From contig JBBPEE010000035.1 in assembly GCA_039096935.1 (NCBI GenBank), positions 868,001 to 932,000 on the forward strand: 64,000 bases of DNA, given 5' to 3'. Shown in pieces: positions 57,953 through 64,000 of the stretch. Position 1 is the first letter of the stretch. Each line of letters starts with the position of its first letter. This DNA is from Blastocystis sp. ATCC 50177/Nand II (Eukaryota). Below the pieces are notes generated by a model. The model searched no databases and was not told where the DNA came from. It worked only from the letters and a program-made list of their open reading frames with translations. Made by a program: the position numbers and the translations under genes.

Positions 57953-60676
57953 ATGAAACGTATGTTCTCCAAGAAGGGACTCGTCGAGTCCTCCAAGGAT
58001 GAAAAGATCGAGGATGTGGAGAGCGATGCTGATCTGCAAGAGTAAGTGTTGCATCTGATTTTATGTTCTTCGCCCATTTCAATTCCATGTCTCACTCTCG
58101 CGTAGCATCACGCCTCCCCCAGAAAAGGCCTTCGAGCTTCCCAAAGAGTGGTCTGCATATGCGGCCGAGGAGAAGGAAGGGAGCAAATCCAATCCCAAAG
58201 TTTGAAAGGATAACGCTGCTAATCACACAGATCGTGAAGCAAATCTACAAACTGCACATCGACGATGAAATGCGAAAGAAGTAGGCATAAAAGAACAAAA
58301 GATAAGGCACTAGCGAGCCCGAATTCACGACGATCCGCGACTTGAAGCTGTGGCTGGGAACGTGGAACGTGAACGGCAAGAAGATTGACGAGAACATCAA
58401 CATCTGGCTGACGGGATCCGTCACCGGCAAGCCCACGGTGATGCTCTTCCCCAACGCTCACTTCTAGGCGGACATCTACGTGGTGGGTCTGGAGGAGATG
58501 GTGGACCTCACGGCCACGACGGTGGTGCTGGAGTCGCAGAGCCAGAAGCGCGCGGCGGTGTGGGTGGAGATGGTGGAGAAGGCGTTGAACCGCACCGCCA
58601 AGTCGGAGGTGAGCACCTTCTCCTTCCCTCAGGCGTAGGAGACGACGTACGTGCTGGTGGAGCAGCAGATCCTGGTGGGCGTGTTCCTGTGCGTGTACGT
58701 GCGCAAGTCGCTGCGTCCACGCGTGCAGGACGTGATGAGTGGGCGTGGTGGTTGGCTCTCCCCGTAGCGACCACCGTGGCGACGGGCCTGCTGGGCATGA
58801 TGGGCAACAAGGGCGGCGCGGCGATCCGCTTCCGCCTGCTGGACAGCACCGTATGCTTCGTGTGCTCGCACCTGGCGGCGCACCGCGAGAACGTGGCGGG
58901 CCGCAACGCGGACTTCCACAAGTGGGTGCGGGCGTGTGGCATGAGCGACAGGATCTGCGACAACCTGCGATTCAAGCCGGAGGGCGAGGAGGGCGAGGGC
59001 GTGGGCGTGATGGACCACGACCTGGTGTTCTGGGTAGGGTGAAGGTGGGCGTGCGAGCGTAGATCGGTGACCTGAACTACCGCATCACGTCAGACGTGCC
59101 GACGCTGAAGGTGTTCGACTACGCGCGCGGGGACCTGGCGTACCTGCTGAAGAAGGACCAGGTGGCATAAGCGGCGTGGCGTAAGGCGTAGCTGAAGGTG
59201 TCGCAGCGCGCGGGACTGGCGTTCGAGGAGTTCACGGAGCCGGAGGTGAAGTTCCCTCCGACGTACAAGTACAAGAAGTACACGACGAGCTACGACAAGA
59301 AGGAGGGCAAGAAGTGCCGCGCGCCCGCGTGGTGCGACCGCATCCTGTACCACCAGACGGCGCGCGCCGTGCCGGACGCGGTGCGCGTGGAGAGCTACGA
59401 CCACATCCTGAAGCTGAGCGGATCGGACCACAAGCCGGTGTTCGCGGTGATGACGGTGCGCGTGAAGGAGTACGACAGCGCGAAGATGAAGAAGACGCAG
59501 CTGCGCGTAGAGCGCGAGCTGAAGAAGAACGAGAACACAGGCGCGGCAGTGTCCGTGGCGTTGAGCGCGGAGCAGATCGACTTCGGGTCGCTGAAGTACA
59601 AGATCCCCGCGGTGCGGTCGCTGACGATCACGAACACGGGCGACAGCAACGCGTACTTCCACTTCCTGCCGAAGCCGGAGGACTTCCACGTGTCCAAGCG
59701 CATGTTCTCCGTGTCGAAGGCCTACGACGTCATCGCGCCGCACGCCAGCGTGGAGGTGGCGGTGGAGGCGCTGATCGACGCCGAGGCGGCGCACGTGGGG
59801 CTGGCGCGCGGCGGTGAAGCGTAGGAGCTGAACGGGGGGCACGACGTGCTGGAGGACGTGCTGGTGCTGCGCGTGGAGAACGACAAGGACTACTTCGTGC
59901 AGTTGCGCGGCGACTACGTGATGTCCTGCTTCGGCCAGTCGCTGGAGAACCTGATCCGCATGACCGCTGCTGGTGGGCGTGGAGAGGCGGTGTGAGGCGT
60001 AGCGCGCGAGTCGGCGGAGGTGAGTGTGACCGCGCCTGTGGCGATGGCGGTGCCGAAGGAGCTGTGGCGCATGGTGGACTACCTGGTGAACCGCGGGAGC
60101 GCCGTGCCGGGCCTGTGGACGGACCGCGGCGTGGCGGGCGAGGACGTGAAGATCCGCGACTGTCTGGACGAGAACCGGCCGTTCGAGGACATCGAGTGGG
60201 GCATGGCGGTGGGCGTGAGGCGTAGCGTGCACTCGATGGCGGACTGCCTGCTGGACTGGTTCTGCGCGCTGCAGTCGCCGGTGATCCCCGAGAAGTGCAC
60301 GTCGCGCATCGAGAAGGGCGAGAAGATCAACAGCGAGTTCGTGGAGGTGTTCCTGAACATGGTGATGTCTGAGCGGTGATGTGAGGGTTAGATGTCGCCC
60401 GTGCGCAAGAACGTGTTCGTGTACATGATCATGTTCCTGCGCGAGCTGCTGAAGAAGAGCGAGCAGAACGAGCTGACGGCGGATTTCCTGGGCATGGTCT
60501 TCTCGCGGGCGTTCATCGTGAACGCGTCGAAGGAGCAGCAGCTGAGCAAGGCGTATCGCGTGGCGCAGGAGACGGTGACGGAGTTGCTGATCTTCCTGCT
60601 GAAGGCGACCTCCCAGCAGCTGTCCGGCGAGGCCGTGGCGGAGGAGTCCGATTCGGAGGGCTCGGACGAGGAGTAG
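57953..60676 (+). CDS. OCRL: OCRL/INPP5B-like inositol polyphosphate 5-phosphatase (5-phosphatase, ASH, RhoGAP-like)
   Basis: GTWNVNG, GMMGNKG, CSHLAAH, FWIGDLNYRI, FPPTYK, PAWCDRIL, SDHKPV, IDFG (ASH), VPKELWRMVDYL (RhoGAP-like). Confidence 0.92.
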
Positions 60677-60828
60677 GCGGGTTTTGCGAGTTGTTTGTTG
60701 GACGAAGCGTGCAGTGATTTGAGTTCTCTTGATCAAGAAGAGATCACTGTCTGTGCAACAATCCCACCATATTTCCGTACTGAAGGAATGTAGGACTGTA
60801 TGGAGGTATTCATTGTGCGTAGAGTGAA

Positions 60829-61889
60829 ATGGAGCCCGCTCCGGAATTGACTGCTGGTAGAAATAGAGGGTTTTGGATGAACGGGTAGAAGAAAAGGCGA
60901 TTCTCGAAAAGAAACAGACGCTGGACGCTGCGGAGGGCGTTGTGGAGGCGGAGTTATCCCCGATCGACATTGCGAACGGAGTGTATCCCAAGTCCTACTT
61001 CAATCTGAACAAATACACCACCCACTGGAAGCTGGTAAGTATTAAAAGAGGATCAAATGACGTCCTAGGTGGATGACCCGATTAAGGACAGTGACGGATG
61101 GATCGGTCTGACGGGCGAGAATTTCAAGATCCGCGGTCCGAACTACTTGAAGGACCACAAGAAGATCATGTCGGAGGAGTGCGTGTTCAAGATGCGCTGC
61201 TGCGAGCTGGTGAACTCCAAGAATCGCACGGACAACTTCAGCAGCCGTCCGCAGTCGCTGGTGCAGAAGCTGCGCGCGCAGGGATACAAGGGCGAGTTCT
61301 ACGTGTACAACATCATGGTGAGGGATTGGGCGAGGGAGTGAAGTGGAGGTGAAGTACAAGGGCAACTACGTGTGCCTTCTCGCCTACTTCGAGATTCCCG
61401 AGAATCTGGAGGCCATCTCGCCGCACGTGGCTGCGCTGTGGAAGAGATATCTGGAGGGCGACGAGAAGTTCCGCAACGACCGCCTGAAGATGATTGCGCG
61501 TTGTCCGGCAATATCCTAATGCAGTACTCCCATGCATTCGATTGCAGCAGGGGAAGAGTCTCCTTAACGACAGGGTCCGTGGGCGATCAAGAAGCTGGTG
61601 GGCAACGTGCCGACGATCATCGGTCACAAGCTGCCGCAGACGACCTACCGTGGTGAGGGCTACGTGGAACAGATGATCGACGTGACGGCGGACAAGTTCA
61701 TCTCGAATGTGAGGATGAGAGAGGAGAGTGAGCGGTAGTGTGTGGAGATGGGTCTGAAGCAGGCGAAGAAGATCGTGATCGATCTGGGTCTGGTGATCGA
61801 GTGCAAGGAGGAGGAGCTGCTGCCGGAGCGTCTGCTGTGCGCGTGGAGAATGTGCCGTCCTGACCTGACGCAGACTGTGAACATTGACT
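60829..61889 (+). CDS. EDR2 C-terminal (DUF1336)-like protein; stop completed by poly(A)
   Basis: FKIRGPNYLKDHKKI, GDEKFRNDRLKMI..GPWAIKKLVG, DLGLVIE..EEELLPERLL. Ends TVNID-T(61889) GGCG TGTTTGTT. Confidence 0.85.
61511..61573 (+). other. U12-type intron with AT-AG termini (63 nt)
   Basis: ATATCCTA...TCCTTAAC GACAG, containing an in-frame TAA. Removal gives ARCPAGPWAIKK. Confidence 0.8.
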
Positions 61890-61893
61890 GGCG

Positions 61894-61911
61894 TGTTTGT
61901 TGGAAGAAACA
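61894..61911. terminator. Back-to-back 3'-end motifs TGTTTGTT-GG-AAGAAACA
   Basis: Both convergent genes end in an in-frame T 4 nt from their respective motif. Confidence 0.75.
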
Positions 61912-61915
61912 GGGC

Positions 61916-63863
61916 ATTGGAGCAACGAAGCAAACGCGCCAATGTCTTGGAGTGAGGGGAGGAGAGAAAGGAGTACTTCCCGTGACGCTCACACGGTTCT
62001 TGTACTGAAAGGCCCACGGCATGTGAACGCGAGTGAGGGAGGGAAGATCTGCGGTTCATTTATGGGATAAAGAGGTACTCTCCACAGTAATCGTATGAAC
62101 GAAGCGAAAGGAGCAAGTGCTCCACCCCTCGGATGTAAGGGTAGTGAGTTTGGGCAAATCTAGTCATCAGGGCTGCTCGGGACGAATCACTGCGCAATAC
62201 CAACTCGTTGTGCGGTTCTTGAGCATTGAAGGTGAATGCTCGCTCGCCCATTTGAATGGAGGTCAATTCGGGTAGATCTACTCCATCACTCTCCTCTTCA
62301 GCCAACCACCCTCCAGCACAAGTCGATTGCATCGTTGGAACGCGTCCCCACCAAATCGAAGCGCCTTCAGCTTGGGGAGGTCTAATCGTCAATTCCTCCT
62401 TCTTCCCCCACTTCGCAGTTCCAAGTTCGCAAAGCAGAAAACACAGCTTAGCAAATCCACACAGCCTATGTCCATGCTCTCCAATGAAGGGAGATTCTTA
62501 ATCTCACACACGGAAAAGTCCTTGAAGGAGCCACGACCGATCTTCACCTCCTTCAGCTTCTCACAATCCTTCAGAAAGAAGTGCCGATTCGGATCCTTGC
62601 CATCGATGATCAGATAGTTCAGCGTGCGGAAACTTCTCCCGCCAACCACGATGCGTTCCAGCTTCTTCAGTCCCACAATCACCACCCGAGTCACCCTCCG
62701 GCAGCAGCTGTCGCCCGCCTTCAGCTCCACCAGGTTCACGAACCGGCTCATGTCCAGCACGGTCAGGTCCGTGTCCACCGACGGGTCGTCCTCCAGCAGG
62801 ATGCTCTGCACCGTGGACTCCACGCGGTCCCAGTCCCGCTGGCACGTGATTCGCTCGGTGACTACCACGCGGGTTTGTATCATGAACGGAGGGTTTGTGT
62901 CTTGTTGTGTTGATGGATCTGGCACGGTCAGTCTTTTCTCTTTGAGCTGGTCGACGCTCGCCTTCACGAAGGGATGCTCATCTTCAGTCCTTTGAGAAGC
63001 AACTCACTTCCATCAACTGTTCCACACTCCATCGCTCATTCACATCCCTCACCAAACACTTGTTCACAAAGTCCACGAACGCAGCAGACCACTTCTCGCT
63101 TGATAGAGAAGGAAGGGGCACATCAGAGCACACGATGTGTGTGATGGCGTAGGAAGTGCAACCCTCGAACGGATTCTTGCCTTCCGCTAGCTCGATTAGT
63201 GAGATGCCGAGAGACCACACGTCACTCTTCAACTCCGTTCTCCCATAATACACTTCAGGCGCCATGTACCACGATGTACCACACTTCGACTTCCGCCTTG
63301 AACAGGAACTGTTTAACTTGGCGGCCAGACCAACCTCGCCAAGTTTGATTTCCTTATCCCTTGAAAGGAACAGATTGTCGGGCTTGATGTCCTAGCGGCT
63401 CATTGGTATCACGATAGCACTACCCGATGAATCGTGTTGTTGGAATGCAGATAATCCAATCCCAACAAGCAGTCACTCGTAATCTCGCGCAATTCAGGTT
63501 CTGTGAATCGAATCCCCTTTTCCAGAAGGGATGCCAACGAACCGTATGGACAGTACTCCATAACAATCTATTCCATGATCAAGTCTCGAATGGCTCACAT
63601 AAAAGGAGTCCTGATCACAAAACGCGTCGTAGTACCTTACAATGAAATCGGAATCACACTGCTTGAGAATATGGACTTCATTCTGAAGCCCTTTGTGTTC
63701 CTTGTAGACTCTCGTTTTCTTGACTGCAACACGATTCCCATATTTGGAATCAAGCGCTAAATACACAATACCGAAGCTTCTACGAATTGAGCAAGATTCA
63801 CAGTTCTCACCCCTTTCCGATCTCCTTTTCGTAGTGATAACGACTGTTGGGAATGGATGTCAT
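61916..63863 (-). CDS. STE20-like protein kinase fused to LRR domain; stop completed by poly(A)
   Basis: GKGSFG, VAVKK, HRDIKPDN, GEVG in place of DFG, GTSWYMAPE, SDVWSLG, HPF, then LRR exons. Ends FASLLQ-T(61916) GCCC TGTTTCTT. Confidence 0.85.
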
Positions 63864-64000
63864 GGATGAATGGATTTGAAATGGATACACTGAGAGTTAG
63901 ATAAGCAACGGGCCTTGATTCTAGCGTCTTTCTATTGTGTAGGTTGGTAATCGAATTATGGAGGATGATTTGGTTGTGTTTGGAGAAGGGATGCTTGAAT

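Noticed and set aside
59090..60991. 633-aa minus-strand ORF, and similar antisense ORFs over BiP and AQR
   Set aside because: Stop-poor antisense frames caused by extreme GC3 in the sense genes.
1..64000. Frameshifted or fragmented ORFs as pseudogenes or alternative genetic code; also tRNA, rRNA and transposase genes
   Set aside because: Nearly all the breaks examined are resolved by ~30-nt introns under the standard code. No RNA gene or transposase was recognisable by eye.

Overview
This is gene-dense eukaryotic DNA with about 35 protein-coding genes, mostly ~30-nt GT-AG introns, very short intergenic spacers and a TGTTTGTT motif at gene ends. That architecture is characteristic of the anaerobic gut stramenopile Blastocystis (organism inferred, not stated). 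Recognisable genes include METTL23-like, sphingosine kinase, DCC1, a GRAM/VASt protein, TAF6-like, DHX37, SCAR/WAVE-like, a UBX protein, three glycosyltransferase-like proteins, NOM1, BiP, AKTIP-like E2 variant, a Dicer-like protein, Aquarius, OCRL-like 5-phosphatase and an EDR2-like protein. Six signals stand out. (1) About ten genes have no genomic stop where the protein should end; a T or TA sits in frame exactly 4 nt before TGTTTGTT, so polyadenylation completes UAA. (2) There are miniature U12-type introns, one clear AT-AC and two AT-AG, with the branch site 5 nt from the 3' end. (3) Convergent gene pairs share back-to-back TGTTT...AAACA terminators. (4) A modular (pseudo)kinase/MORN/LRR family encodes its C-terminal LRR units on phase-1 exon cassettes. 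(5) Two expanded DHX37 introns share a satellite. (6) A small spliced Tom7-like gene lies head-to-head with an organelle-targeted YciI protein. All gene models were spliced and identified by eye; starts and some exons are approximate and no database search was run.
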